From Candidatus Omnitrophota bacterium (lineage in GTDB: Bacteria; Omnitrophota; Gorgyraeia; Tantalellales; Tantalellaceae), in NCBI GenBank assembly GCA_014728075.1, contig WJMG01000071.1, forward strand, positions 1-58,132: a stretch of 58,132 nt of DNA. The letters are read 5' to 3'. The notes below the pieces were generated by a model that was not told the DNA's origin, did no database searches, and saw nothing but the letters and a program-made list of their open reading frames with translations. How positions within the stretch are numbered: the first letter of the stretch is position 1; the number at the start of each line of letters is the position of its first letter. Below, in pieces: positions 19,492 to 29,740 of this stretch. The position numbers were made by a program, and so were the translations under genes.

Positions 19492-20892
19492 ATCGGTGTT
19501 TCGCTGCAAAAGACAAATTACCGCGTAGTAGTCACATTTTTTTTCGCGCTGGTGGCTGCGGTGGTCTCATCCAGGATAATATCCGGTATGGCGGATATAT
19601 CCACCGCGGCGGTGATAGTGGCTTCGATAGTTTTCGCTCTGGCCACTTTTGTCGACATCAATGTCGGACTGATAGCGATATTGCTTTCGATGCTTCTTTC
19701 CCCCGAACTTGAACTCGGCCAGGCCGGCGGCAGAGCGGTCGTCATCAGGGCCGAGGACCTCCTTCTCATAATAGTATCGTTCACCTGGCTGGCTAAAATG
19801 GCGGTCCGCAAAGGCACTCCTTTCGTGCGCCACAGCCCTCTCAATGTCCCGATCGCGCTTTACACGGCCATACTCTGTTTTTCCACGGCTAAAGGCATAA
19901 TGATGGGGGATGTATACGCGCTAAAGGGAATGTTCTATGTGTTCAAGCTGATAGAGTATTTCATCCTTTACTTTATCGTCATTAACCATGTTACGAGGGA
20001 GAGACAGGTAAAGCTGTTTTTGATAGTGCTTTTTTTCACCAGTATAGTAGTTGCAATTTACGGCATCACGCACCTCGGTTCGGTCGAGAGGATATCGGCG
20101 CCCTTCGAGGGCGAGGGAGAGCCCAACACCCTGGGCGGGTACATGCTCTTTATCATTTCGCTCGTCGCCGGTCTGATATACCACTACAGGAGCAAAAGGC
20201 TTCTTCTTGTCCTGATGTTCATCTTCCTCATACCGACCTTTGTTTTTACTTTGTCCAGGGCTTCGTACCTGGGGATGTTCGCCGCGCTTTTCGCCTTCGC
20301 CGGGCTCTCCAGGGACAAAAGGATAATCAACGCGAGCCTGGTGCTTCTTCTGCTTTTCATGGGCGCGGTGGTTTTCGGTCCGCCGGTATTAAAGGACAGG
20401 GTGATAGGGGCTTTCAAGCCCGAGGAGAGCCAGTCGCTGAAAAAGGTCGGGGCTATATCCCTGGGCCCTTCACCCGCCGCCAGAATAGAGTCCTGGCAGA
20501 ACCTTATACAAAAGAGGTTTCCCAAACGGCCGCTTCTGGGTTGGGGCGTTACGGGGACCGAGTTCCTGGACAGCCAGTATTTTCTCGTTCTCGGAGAAAC
20601 GGGAATAGTGGGTTTAGGCGCTTTTCTATGGCTTATGTGGTCTGTATGGAAGGGGGCGCTGTATTCTTACCGGCATGTTGAAAAGCCTCTGTATAAAGGG
20701 TTGAGCATGGGGTTCATGGTCGGTTTTTCGGGGCTTCTCCTGCACGCGGTAGGCTCGAATACTTTTATCATCATCAGAATTGCCGAACCGTTCTGGTTCT
20801 TCGCGGCTATAGTGCTTAAACTGGTGGATATTGAGCACGGTACCGCCGTTCTCAAGGATAAGGTGCCTTCTTACATGAAGGGGAGGGCATAG
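19492..20892 (+). CDS. O-antigen ligase/polymerase family (Wzy-like); start uncertain (ATC 19492 or GTG 19552)
   Basis: About 12 TM helices, EPNTLGGY, TLSRASYL, RPLLGWG and DSQYFLVLGETGIVGL motifs. Confidence 0.82.
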   Translation: MGVSLQKTNYRVVVTFFFALVAAVVSSRIISGMADISTAAVIVASIVFALATFVDINVGLIAILLSMLLSPELELGQAGGRAVVIRAEDLLLIIVSFTWLAKMAVRKGTPFVRHSPLNVPIALYTAILCFSTAKGIMMGDVYALKGMFYVFKLIEYFILYFIVINHVTRERQVKLFLIVLFFTSIVVAIYGITHLGSVERISAPFEGEGEPNTLGGYMLFIISLVAGLIYHYRSKRLLLVLMFIFLIPTFVFTLSRASYLGMFAALFAFAGLSRDKRIINASLVLLLLFMGAVVFGPPVLKDRVIGAFKPEESQSLKKVGAISLGPSPAARIESWQNLIQKRFPKRPLLGWGVTGTEFLDSQYFLVLGETGIVGLGAFLWLMWSVWKGALYSYRHVEKPLYKGLSMGFMVGFSGLLLHAVGSNTFIIIRIAEPFWFFAAIVLKLVDIEHGTAVLKDKVPSYMKGRA

Positions 20893-20911
20893 TATCAAGG
20901 CAGGAGGTGAG

Positions 20912-21029
20912 AGGCTATAGGCGCTAGGCTAAAGGATATAGGCCACGAAAAGCGAACAGCGTACAGGCTACAGCGTATAGAATCGTTTATCCGGCTTAAT
21001 AAGCGCTAAACGCTGTACGCTACACGCTA
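20912..21029. repeat. Intergenic element of inverted 7-bp tandem repeats (AGGCTAT/AGCGTAC type)
   Basis: AGGCTAT-AGGCGCT-AGGCTAA-AGGATAT-AGGCCAC, then AGCGAAC-AGCGTAC-AGGCTAC-AGCGTAT, paired with GCTAAAC-GCTGTAC-GCTACAC-GCTA. Confidence 0.7.
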
Positions 21030-21051
21030 ATAATAGGTGGACTGATCTATT

Positions 21052-22557
21052 ATGACCGAAAAATACTTTGATAAAGACCTCGAAATGCAGGAAAGGGAGA
21101 AGGACGCCGCGCTTGCGAGCCGTACGGTCAAAGGGGGAGTGTGGGTTTTCGCCCTTAAGGCTGTCCAGCGGGGATTGGGACTGGTGCGTACGATTATCCT
21201 CGCCCGGATCTTGTCGCCGTCGGATTTCGGGCTCATGGGTATCGCCGTCCTGGCCATAAATACGCTTGAGACTTTCTCGAAGACAGGCTTCGAGCAGGCG
21301 CTTATCCGGAAAAAGGAGGATCCCGGGGAATATCTCGATACTGCCTGGACGGTCCAGCTCGTGAGGGCATTGGCCCTTTTTCTTCTGTTGTTCCTGGGGG
21401 CTCCTTTAGTGGCGTTTTTTTTCGACGCCCCGCGGGCAACATCGATAATCAGGGTTCTGGCATTCATAGAGCTTTTTACCGGGCTGAAGAATATCGGCGT
21501 AGTGTATTTTCAGAAGGATCTTCGTTTCAATAAAAGTTTTTTCATGGAATCCACCGGCCTTGGCGCTAATATATTCGTTTCGATACTGCTCGCTTTCGTT
21601 TTGAGGGATGTCAGGGCCCTGATATACGGATCCCTTGCGGGAGCGGCCGCGACCTGTATCATGTCCTACGCACTTCACCCGTACAGGCCGGCCGTAAAGT
21701 TCAGCGGTAAACAGTTCAGGGAGCTTTTCTATTTCGGGAAATGGCTCTTCGGTTCCAGTATTATTATTTTTCTGATAACACAGGGTGATGATGCCTTCGT
21801 GGGAAGGTTTCTGGGGATAACCGCGCTGGGCCTTTACCAGATGGCTTATCATCTGTCGAACGCTCCGGCAACCGAGGTCAGCCATGTCGTCTCCAGAGTG
21901 CTTTTTCCGGTATATTCGAAGATGCAGAACGATATTAAAAGGATGGCTAAGGCGTATAAAGATGTTCTTTTTGCGGTATCCGTTATCGTTCTGCCTCTCG
22001 CAACGGGTCTTTTTCTGGCGGCGGGGGATTTTACGCGCCTTTTCCTGGGGCAGAAATGGATGCCTATGGTCCCCGCGATGAAGGTGCTTTGTTTTTTCGG
22101 GCTTTCAAGGGCCCTGGGCTCAACGGTGAGCCCTCTTTTTTACGGTCTGGGCCGTCCGAAAATAGAGACCCAGTTCTCCGCGGTTCAGCTTTTGATCCTG
22201 GTGATTATAATTTACCCGCTGGCCTCCTGGAAAGGCATAGTGGGTATTTCGTGGGCCGTTCTTCTGTCTCACCTGTGCATTACCGGAGTGTATCTTTTAA
22301 AGGCATCAAGATTACTTGATGTCGGCCCGGGGGAGATCTTTTCCGTGCTTAAGCCTGTTTTTCTCCCTCTGGGCATGTTCGTTGCCTCCGTTGCCGCGGG
22401 TCTGTATTTTTTCTCCGGCTATGCGGGATTCCTTCTCACGGTGTTTTTGGCATCGGCCTTGTACATGGTCGTTTTAAAAAGGACCGATGATCTGGCAGCT
22501 TCCAGATTAGGCAGGATAGCCGCCGCTTCAGGATTTTCAAAAAAAGGACCGGTATAA
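21052..22557 (+). CDS. wzx: Wzx-type flippase (WzxC/PST family)
   Basis: ILARILSPSDFGLMG, LGLYQMAY and VLFPVYSKMQ motifs with 12-14 TM helices. Confidence 0.9.
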   Translation: MTEKYFDKDLEMQEREKDAALASRTVKGGVWVFALKAVQRGLGLVRTIILARILSPSDFGLMGIAVLAINTLETFSKTGFEQALIRKKEDPGEYLDTAWTVQLVRALALFLLLFLGAPLVAFFFDAPRATSIIRVLAFIELFTGLKNIGVVYFQKDLRFNKSFFMESTGLGANIFVSILLAFVLRDVRALIYGSLAGAAATCIMSYALHPYRPAVKFSGKQFRELFYFGKWLFGSSIIIFLITQGDDAFVGRFLGITALGLYQMAYHLSNAPATEVSHVVSRVLFPVYSKMQNDIKRMAKAYKDVLFAVSVIVLPLATGLFLAAGDFTRLFLGQKWMPMVPAMKVLCFFGLSRALGSTVSPLFYGLGRPKIETQFSAVQLLILVIIIYPLASWKGIVGISWAVLLSHLCITGVYLLKASRLLDVGPGEIFSVLKPVFLPLGMFVASVAAGLYFFSGYAGFLLTVFLASALYMVVLKRTDDLAASRLGRIAAASGFSKKGPV

Positions 22558-23270
22558 TGATCGAAGAAGACACAAAATGGGAAAAGTACGGTGAAAGCAG
22601 GTTGTTGTCGAGGAACAAGCTTCTTTACATACACCACAGGATAGCAACGGAGTCTTTTCTGGATCATTTTAAAAAAGTGGACACGGCCAGTAAGGTCCTG
22701 GATGTGGGATGCGGGGACGGGCTTTACCTTGAGCTTTTGCGCGACCTCGGCTTTTCTAACGCGGAAGGGATAGATCCCGGAGCGTCGATGGTGTCTACAT
22801 CCAAAGGCAAGAACCTTAATGTCCGTCAGGGTTACCTTTCCGATATTAGCGGGGCAGAAGAGTACGATGTTGTTTACATGATGGATGTGCTGGAGCACAT
22901 TCCCGATGTGCCCGGCGCCCTGGCGGCCGTTAACCGTATCTTAAGGCCCGGGGGAGAGTTCGTTCTTAATATACCGATATGCGATTCGCTGAGGTCAAGG
23001 TGGCGCCGTTTTTTCGGAAAAGAGACGAGGTCAGGACAGGTCCTTAGCTACGACGAGACGCATCTGCACGCTTTTACCAAAGTAAAGCTGGAAGAACTTT
23101 TAAAGCAGGCGGGTTTCGAGGTAATAACCTCAAAAAGGATAAACGACCCCATGCCTTTTTCCGGATGGCTTTTTTCTTTTTCTCCAAAGCTTGCCGAAAT
23201 GGTCCAGAAGATAAGTTTCGGGGGCAGAATGGGTGATTTTCTTTTCACGGTGGCCCGGAGGACCGGATGA
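22557..23270 (+). CDS. Class I SAM-dependent methyltransferase
   Basis: VLDVGCGDG, DVLEHIPD and ILRPGG motifs. Confidence 0.9.
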   Translation: MIEEDTKWEKYGESRLLSRNKLLYIHHRIATESFLDHFKKVDTASKVLDVGCGDGLYLELLRDLGFSNAEGIDPGASMVSTSKGKNLNVRQGYLSDISGAEEYDVVYMMDVLEHIPDVPGALAAVNRILRPGGEFVLNIPICDSLRSRWRRFFGKETRSGQVLSYDETHLHAFTKVKLEELLKQAGFEVITSKRINDPMPFSGWLFSFSPKLAEMVQKISFGGRMGDFLFTVARRTG

Positions 23271-24430
23271 ACATATTAATGCTGGCTTACGAATTCAGGC
23301 CGGATCTGGGCGGGATAGCGGATTATAGCCACAATCTTGCCCGCGGGATCAGCCTCAAGGGGCACTCGGTCATGGTTGCTTGCGGGTCAGAGTGCGCTAA
23401 AGGCCCGTACAGGACAGTTTCCGTTAAAAGCCCGGCTTCAAGAAGCCCGCTGGCCTATGTCAGAAGCTTTTTTTATTTCCTGCGGCTTATAAGGGATAAC
23501 AGTATAGACGCGGTGTTCTTGAGCTATCTTTCCTATTACCACAGCGGCCCCTACCTGCTCATGCTGGCCTGTCTTGCGGCGGGCAGGCCTCTTTACCTTT
23601 TCGTTTACGCCCTGGAACTTGATGACGGAGGAAGATCCAAAAAAAAGATAAAAAGATGGATGGCTTTTAATTTTGCCCGCAAGATATTCGCCATAAGCGA
23701 ATATACCCGTAAACTCGCGGGAAGGTTCACTAACGGGAAAAAGGAAATAGTCATCGCCCGACCCTGCGTAGATATTGCCATGCTTGAGGAGGCAGCTGAA
23801 CAGGCCCGGCAGATGATCAGCGAAAGGTATTCTCTCCGGGGCAAAAAGGTGCTGCTAACCCTCGGGAGGCTGGTTGAGCGCAAGGGAATGGATTCGGTGA
23901 TCCGTGTGATGCCGGAGCTTGTGAAAAGATTTCCGGAACTTATCTACATCGTAGCAGGGGAGGGCCCCGAGCGGGATAGTTTGCGGAGTATGGTTTCCCG
24001 CCTCGGGATGGAAGACCATGTTATTTTTACGGGGGTCGTTACGGAAAAAGAGAAAAAAGGCCTTTTAAAGTCATGCGATGTTTTTGTGATGCCCTGCAGA
24101 GGACTTTCCGACTATGATGCAGAGGGCTTCGGTATAGTTTTCGCCGAAGCCGCTGTTTTCAACAAGCCATCGGTAGCCGGCAGGAGCGGAGGCGCCCCGG
24201 AGGTGGTCCTGGACGGTATTTCCGGTTTCACGGTCGATCCTTTGGATCCGGAACAGCTTGCGGAAAAACTCTTGTTCCTTCTGGGGAACCCCCGGAAAGC
24301 CCGCGCTATGGGAGCCCGGGGAAGACTGTTCGTGGAGCGCCGGCTGACCCCGGAGAGTTTGTCGGAAAGCGTACTGTCTGCCCTGCAGGGACAGACAGTA
24401 AAGCGTGAAAAGGATCGATTTTGTTTTTGA
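23267..24430 (+). CDS. GT4 glycosyltransferase (PimB-like)
   Basis: GRLVERKG, EGFGIVFAEA and GRSGGAPEVV motifs. Confidence 0.92.
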   Translation: MNILMLAYEFRPDLGGIADYSHNLARGISLKGHSVMVACGSECAKGPYRTVSVKSPASRSPLAYVRSFFYFLRLIRDNSIDAVFLSYLSYYHSGPYLLMLACLAAGRPLYLFVYALELDDGGRSKKKIKRWMAFNFARKIFAISEYTRKLAGRFTNGKKEIVIARPCVDIAMLEEAAEQARQMISERYSLRGKKVLLTLGRLVERKGMDSVIRVMPELVKRFPELIYIVAGEGPERDSLRSMVSRLGMEDHVIFTGVVTEKEKKGLLKSCDVFVMPCRGLSDYDAEGFGIVFAEAAVFNKPSVAGRSGGAPEVVLDGISGFTVDPLDPEQLAEKLLFLLGNPRKARAMGARGRLFVERRLTPESLSESVLSALQGQTVKREKDRFCF

Positions 24431-24493
24431 CCGTTTTTGAGCATTTGACGCGAGATGCCCCGTGCGATAAGCCGCATCGGGAGGAGGCCTGCA

Positions 24494-25435
24494 GTGATTG
24501 AAATTAGTCTGTGCGTCCCTACATACAACAGGAAGGATATACTCGCGGAAATGCTTGACGCCCTGGAGGAACAGACTTATCCGCGGGAAAAATACCAGAT
24601 CGTGATCGCGGACGACGCGTCCACCGACGGTACGCCCGAAATGGTCAAGGGCCGTGTGAGGAGCTCGGAATGCGCGATAAAATACATACGGCACGCTCGC
24701 AACTCGGGGGTAGCGGCAGCGCGCAACACGACAGTAAGGAATGCGGACGGCAGGGTCCTTCTGTTCCTGGACGATGACAGCCTTGCGGACAATAAACTGG
24801 TCGAGACCCACATGAACGCTCATGCGGAGAGGGGGTTCCGGGATATCGCGGTGCTTGGCGTGGATGCGGGGAGGCTCGAGGCTGAGCCCGGCCCTTTCGG
24901 GAGATATATTGAAAGGCGCGCGGAAAATTTCTCCGGGAAGATAGACGAATATATAAGCAATGGTGACGAAAGGGCTTGTTTCGGGTTCGTTACGATGAAC
25001 CTTTCGGTGAAAAGAGAGCTCCTGTCCGGGGGGTATGTTTTTGATGAACGGTTCAAGTATTGCGAAGATACGGACCTGGGCTACCGGCTGATGAGACGGG
25101 GTGTAAAACTCGTAAGGGAAAAGAGAGCAAAAGTCTTTAATTACCATCCCCTCGTACTCGAGGATTACGCCGGGCTGTACCGGGCAAGGGGCTATTACTC
25201 CGCTCTTCTGGAGAAAAAACACCCGGGCATCAGAGAAGCGGAACTTTTCCCGTTCAGAAGAGGGCGAAGCCCTCTTGATGCCGTGTATCCGCTTGTCGGC
25301 AAAGCGGTAAGTATTATGGACTATGCTCTGCAGGTGCCCTTTCCCGAGTGGTTGTATGAAAGGATACTTTACTTTTATTTCGATAGCGGAAGGCGGAAAG
25401 CTTTAAGGATACGGGACGATGAGAAACGGAGATAA
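24494..25435 (+). CDS. GT2 glycosyltransferase
   Basis: GGAGG RBS before a GTG start. VPTYNR, DDASTDGT, LFLDDD and EDTDLGYRL motifs. Confidence 0.9.
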   Translation: MIEISLCVPTYNRKDILAEMLDALEEQTYPREKYQIVIADDASTDGTPEMVKGRVRSSECAIKYIRHARNSGVAAARNTTVRNADGRVLLFLDDDSLADNKLVETHMNAHAERGFRDIAVLGVDAGRLEAEPGPFGRYIERRAENFSGKIDEYISNGDERACFGFVTMNLSVKRELLSGGYVFDERFKYCEDTDLGYRLMRRGVKLVREKRAKVFNYHPLVLEDYAGLYRARGYYSALLEKKHPGIREAELFPFRRGRSPLDAVYPLVGKAVSIMDYALQVPFPEWLYERILYFYFDSGRRKALRIRDDEKRR

Positions 25436-26426
25436 GCAAAAGGTAAGCGTAATAATAGCCGTACACGACGGTGAGCCGTACATTAAGGAATCACTGGACA
25501 GCGCCCTGGGGCAAAGTTACGGGGATATAGAGGTAGTAGTGGTCGACGACGGGTCCGGGGACTCAACGGGTGATCTCCTTAAAGCCGTGTCGGAGCGCGA
25601 CCAAAGGGTAAAAGTAGTGTCGAATCCCGGGAGGAAAGGGATCGCCTTCTCCCGCAATGCCGGTATATCCGTCTCTACGGGCAGGTACATCGCGGTTCTG
25701 GATTCGGATGACAGGGCTCTGCCTGAAAGGATAAAACGCCAGGTGGATTTTCTTGAACGGAACCCATCAATAGACGGCGTAGGGAGCGAATTCACATATA
25801 TAGACGAGACGGGGAAGAAAATAGAAGTGCTGAAGCCCCCGGTCAAAAGCAGGGTTAGCGCCGAAGATATTCTCGATGATCCCATGTGCCTCGTTCACGG
25901 GACCCTGACCGCGAAAAGGGAATGTTTCGAAGCGTGCGGGGGATATCGCGAAGAATTTGACAGGGCGGTGGACTACGACCTTTTACTTCGTATGACGGAA
26001 ACTTTCAAACTTGCCAATCTGGAAGAGCCTCAGACAGAGGTCAGGATCTCTCTCTCCAGCGGGACTTTCCGTTACCGTTCGGCCCAGATTAGATACGCCG
26101 AGATAGCCCGAAAACTAGCCGTTCAGAGACGGACGCGGGGCTCGGACATCATACAGAGGAACGAGAAGCAGGCGTTCCTGAGGCTGAAGAAGAAGATTTT
26201 CGGAAGCAAAGAACTGACCTCGCGGATAGAGGTGTCCTCGAATTACCGTTACTGGGCCCACAGAATGTACCACAGGGGTCCGATAGGATACTCGCGCCGT
26301 TTGGTGTTAGCTGCTCTGGGGCAATGCCCCTTTAATATAAAAGCATGGGGATTTATGGTCTTTTTGTTCTCTCCCGTATGGATACGGAGAACCCTGACCC
26401 GGGTAAAAAGGAGATTTGTTCGATAG
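25419..26426 (+). CDS. GT2 glycosyltransferase
   Basis: VSVIIAVHD, VDDGSGD, AVLDSDD and DYDLLLR motifs. Confidence 0.9.
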   Translation: MRNGDKQKVSVIIAVHDGEPYIKESLDSALGQSYGDIEVVVVDDGSGDSTGDLLKAVSERDQRVKVVSNPGRKGIAFSRNAGISVSTGRYIAVLDSDDRALPERIKRQVDFLERNPSIDGVGSEFTYIDETGKKIEVLKPPVKSRVSAEDILDDPMCLVHGTLTAKRECFEACGGYREEFDRAVDYDLLLRMTETFKLANLEEPQTEVRISLSSGTFRYRSAQIRYAEIARKLAVQRRTRGSDIIQRNEKQAFLRLKKKIFGSKELTSRIEVSSNYRYWAHRMYHRGPIGYSRRLVLAALGQCPFNIKAWGFMVFLFSPVWIRRTLTRVKRRFVR

Positions 26427-26464
26427 ATCCCCGCTATTTCCTCGCGGAACGGAGGACGGCGGAC

Positions 26465-27247
26465 ATGAATGGAGAGTTTGACAGAGTATGGGATAAATGG
26501 CGTGAGGTCGATGTGGGCGAAATGGTCAAGGAACATCGTGACGCCAGGGAACGCTACATAGACGCTATGGAACGATACATCACGGGCGGCTCGAAAACGC
26601 TCGAGGTCGGGTGCGGATCAGCCATCGATTCTTACATCGTCGCTTCCGAAACAGGCGCGGATGCTTACGGCGTGGATATTTCCGAAGAGGCTTTAACGGT
26701 AGCGAGAAAAGCCGGCAAACACTTTCCCGTTGAGGTCAAGCTGAGCCGTGGGGACGCAATGGACCTGGCATACGGAGATGAGATGTTCGATATCGTCTTC
26801 AGCCAGGGTGTCCTCGAGCACCTGCCCGACGAGGGTAAAGCTCTGGAGGAACAGCTCCGTGTGCTTAAGCAAGGGGGGGTTCTTGTGGTCAATGTCCCTC
26901 AGAAGTACACGGCTTATACACTTTACAAGCATATCAAGTCCTCGCGGGGGGAATGGGAGTGGGGTGATGAGAAGGAATATTCCGCTTTTGAGCTTCAACG
27001 CTTCGCGGATACTCTGCGGCTTAAAGTGCTTGAAAGGTTCGGATATGGATACTGGCGCTCTCCTTTCGAGCCCGTTTTCGTTATGAGGACGCTCAACCTT
27101 AAGGCGGCGAAGATACCCTTCGCGCGTCGATGCCCGGGCGGGGCGAAACTCTCCCGGGCATGGGACGGAATGTGGTCGGGACTGGAAAAGGGCGCCGGAC
27201 ATTTTTTCATGAAGAACATAGTTTACATATACCGGAAACCGATATGA
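26465..27247 (+). CDS. Class I SAM-dependent methyltransferase
   Basis: LEVGCGS, FSQGVLEH and RVLKQGG motifs. Confidence 0.88.
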   Translation: MNGEFDRVWDKWREVDVGEMVKEHRDARERYIDAMERYITGGSKTLEVGCGSAIDSYIVASETGADAYGVDISEEALTVARKAGKHFPVEVKLSRGDAMDLAYGDEMFDIVFSQGVLEHLPDEGKALEEQLRVLKQGGVLVVNVPQKYTAYTLYKHIKSSRGEWEWGDEKEYSAFELQRFADTLRLKVLERFGYGYWRSPFEPVFVMRTLNLKAAKIPFARRCPGGAKLSRAWDGMWSGLEKGAGHFFMKNIVYIYRKPI

Positions 27248-28422
27248 GGATACTATTCGTGAACATGTACCCGGGGGACTCGGGCGGAGTGGAATACTAT
27301 ATAACCGCTCTGGCCCGCAAACTGGGCGAAATGGGGCATTTTTGCTCCATGGTCCACGGGGGCGGCGTTCCGGGAGATACCGTTTTCAGGGAGTGCCGCG
27401 CGGTGCCGGAGCTCTGGCGGCACGAACTGGTCTTCGCGACGGGAACGCGTGAAAAACTCGACGCTGTAATGGAAGAGCTGGCCCCGGACATAGTGTACCT
27501 GCACAACATAGAGAATGCCGGCGCTATAAGGTATTTTGCCGGCCGGTCCCCTTCCGTTAAATTCGTCCACGGATATAAATCCGTTGATCCCGACGGAAAG
27601 ATGCTTCTGTACGGACCGCTCGAAGCCAACAGGGCGCCTCTTTCGCCTTCCTGTTTTATCAGGGCTTTCACCAGAAAAAGTATGCCGAGGTCCCCGGTGA
27701 AAGCGGTCAAGGCGTACTTGAGGGCGTCTTCCGCCCTGAAAGCCTCATCGGAGCTGCCCGCCATAATAGCGGCGTCGGGGCACATGAAGCAGGTTCTGGC
27801 GGATAACGGACTGGAAGAGGAGAGAATATCGGTGATACCCTATTTTACAGATCTTTCGGGGGTCGAAACCCGCTCGGGCTGCAGCGGGCCGCTTCTTTTC
27901 GCCGGACGCCTTGCTGAGGGTAAGGGCCTCGATGTGCTTCTGGAAGTCTTGTCCCTGATCGAAGGGGATGTGTCCCTGGATGTTGTCGGGGACGGTCCCG
28001 AAAAACGCGAATTCAGCGAAAGGTCCCGGGAAATGGGTCTTTCCGGAAGGGTCAGATGCCACGGCTGGTCGGATCACTTTCTTATGGGTTCGTTTTACGA
28101 CAGGTGTTCTCTCCTGGTCCTTCCTTCCGTGTGGCCGGAACCCTTCGGTATCTGTGGAATAGAGGCGGCGGTCCGCGGGAAGCCCGCCGTAGCTTTCGAT
28201 GTAGGCGGGGTATCGGACTGGCTGATAGACGGGGAAACCGGATTTCTGATCGAGCCGTACAACAGGAAAAAGATGGCCGAAAAGATATTCCTTCTTCTTT
28301 CGGACCCCGGCCTGAGGAAGGCGATGGGTGAGCGCGCCCGCGAAAAAGCTTTGGAGAAATATGCGCCCTCTAAACACATAGAGAGGCTGATGGGGGTGTT
28401 CAGGGAGGTAGTAGGCAGTTAG
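27244..28422 (+). CDS. GT4 glycosyltransferase
   Basis: FAGRLAEGKG, PSVWPEPFGICGIEA and DGETGFL motifs. Confidence 0.92.
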   Translation: MRILFVNMYPGDSGGVEYYITALARKLGEMGHFCSMVHGGGVPGDTVFRECRAVPELWRHELVFATGTREKLDAVMEELAPDIVYLHNIENAGAIRYFAGRSPSVKFVHGYKSVDPDGKMLLYGPLEANRAPLSPSCFIRAFTRKSMPRSPVKAVKAYLRASSALKASSELPAIIAASGHMKQVLADNGLEEERISVIPYFTDLSGVETRSGCSGPLLFAGRLAEGKGLDVLLEVLSLIEGDVSLDVVGDGPEKREFSERSREMGLSGRVRCHGWSDHFLMGSFYDRCSLLVLPSVWPEPFGICGIEAAVRGKPAVAFDVGGVSDWLIDGETGFLIEPYNRKKMAEKIFLLLSDPGLRKAMGERAREKALEKYAPSKHIERLMGVFREVVGS

Positions 28423-28425
28423 TTA

Positions 28426-28556
28426 TAAGTAAAAAGTAAAAAGGCAAAAGTAAAAAGGAAATGTGCTTTCTGGAATTTATGTAATTAATTGTCTTTTGCA
28501 AAATAATATTCCAGATTTTCCTCTATTTTTAACTTTTTACTTTTAACTTTTTCCTT
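28426..28556 (-). repeat. AAAAGTA-heptamer inverted-arm element, copy 1 (opposite orientation to copies 2-4)
   Basis: TAAGTAAAAAGTAAAAAGGCAAAAGTAAAAAGG ... TATTTTTAACTTTTTACTTTTAACTTTTTCCTT. Both arms are reverse complements of the arms of the 39491 and 40314 copies. Confidence 0.85.
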
Positions 28557-28578
28557 AAAGGTTTTTGAAGAGGTACAC

Positions 28579-29724
28579 ATGAAGATCTGCATGATATTTT
28601 CGGATTATTCCCCGGGCAGGGAGGCCGACGGGATAGGGGACTATACCCGCATACTCGTCGAGACTCTCAGGAGCAGGGGGCACGATGTCAGGGTAGTCAC
28701 CTCTTCCCGGTATACAGGCTGGGACAGAAAAGTCGTGAGGATAAGTCACGGCAGGTGGGGGATCAGGGAGCTCCGAAAGGTGGCCGCTTACATAAAAAAA
28801 GGCGGTTTCGACGCGGTACATCTCCAATATACCCCCGTTTCTTACGGTTTCGGCGTTGCCTTCAAGCTGCTTCCGCTTCTGGTCAGGCTGTATTCCCGGA
28901 AGACATGTTTTGTCACCACCTTCCATACTTTTGTCGGCGGCAGGTGGGTGTCTAAGGTCAATGCCGTGTTATTGTCCGCTTTCAGCCACAGGATCATCGC
29001 TACCAACGACGAGATAATTTACCTGATCGATAAATGGCTGGAGGCGTTCAAGAAAAAGACCGCTCTCATCCCCATAGGGGCCAATATAGGGCCGTCCGAC
29101 ATGTCCAGGGAAGAAGCCAGGAAAAAACTGGAACTCGAATACGGTATAAAAAGCGGAGCCGTGGTAATGGTAAATTTCGGTTTCTGTTACCCCGGTAAAG
29201 GTATCGAAAATATAATTAAAACCGTGAAGAACCTTTCCGGGAGGGAGAATTATTACATCATAATGATGGGGGCGGTCAGGGAACAGGACGCCGATTACAG
29301 GCGCGGGATACAGAACCTGATACGGATGAACGGGCTTGACGGGAACTTTGTGTGGATACCGGAAGTCGACTCCGAAAAGGCGGCGGATGTCCTGATGGGA
29401 TCGGACATTTTTATAGCTCCTTACGATGAGGGCATATCCATAAGGCGGGGGTCTTTGATGGCCGCGCTCGTGAACGGTCTTCCGGTAGTGAGCACCGCGC
29501 CCCGGGTCCCTATGCCTTATTTTAAAAGCGGTGAGAATGTCATCCTCGCCGAGAGAGGAAAGGTCCCGGGACTGGTTTCGGCTGTCGAGAGGCTTTCGGT
29601 TGACAGGGACTTAAGGAAAAAGATCTCGAAGAACGCCCGGGAACTAGCGAAACATTTTGACTGGGATCTTATAGCGGAGGAGACGGAGAAGGTGTACATG
29701 GAGGGTATAGGGCGAAGGACATAG
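28579..29724 (+). CDS. GT4-like glycosyltransferase
   Basis: DGIGDYT, FGFCYPGKG and RGSLMAALVNGLPVV motifs. Confidence 0.85.
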   Translation: MKICMIFSDYSPGREADGIGDYTRILVETLRSRGHDVRVVTSSRYTGWDRKVVRISHGRWGIRELRKVAAYIKKGGFDAVHLQYTPVSYGFGVAFKLLPLLVRLYSRKTCFVTTFHTFVGGRWVSKVNAVLLSAFSHRIIATNDEIIYLIDKWLEAFKKKTALIPIGANIGPSDMSREEARKKLELEYGIKSGAVVMVNFGFCYPGKGIENIIKTVKNLSGRENYYIIMMGAVREQDADYRRGIQNLIRMNGLDGNFVWIPEVDSEKAADVLMGSDIFIAPYDEGISIRRGSLMAALVNGLPVVSTAPRVPMPYFKSGENVILAERGKVPGLVSAVERLSVDRDLRKKISKNARELAKHFDWDLIAEETEKVYMEGIGRRT

Positions 29725-29740
29725 GATGCGGGTTCGTTCT

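Noticed and set aside
19467-19712. 81-aa TTG-start ORF before the Wzy-like gene
   Set aside because: It overlaps the Wzy-like frame out of phase and has no recognisable features.
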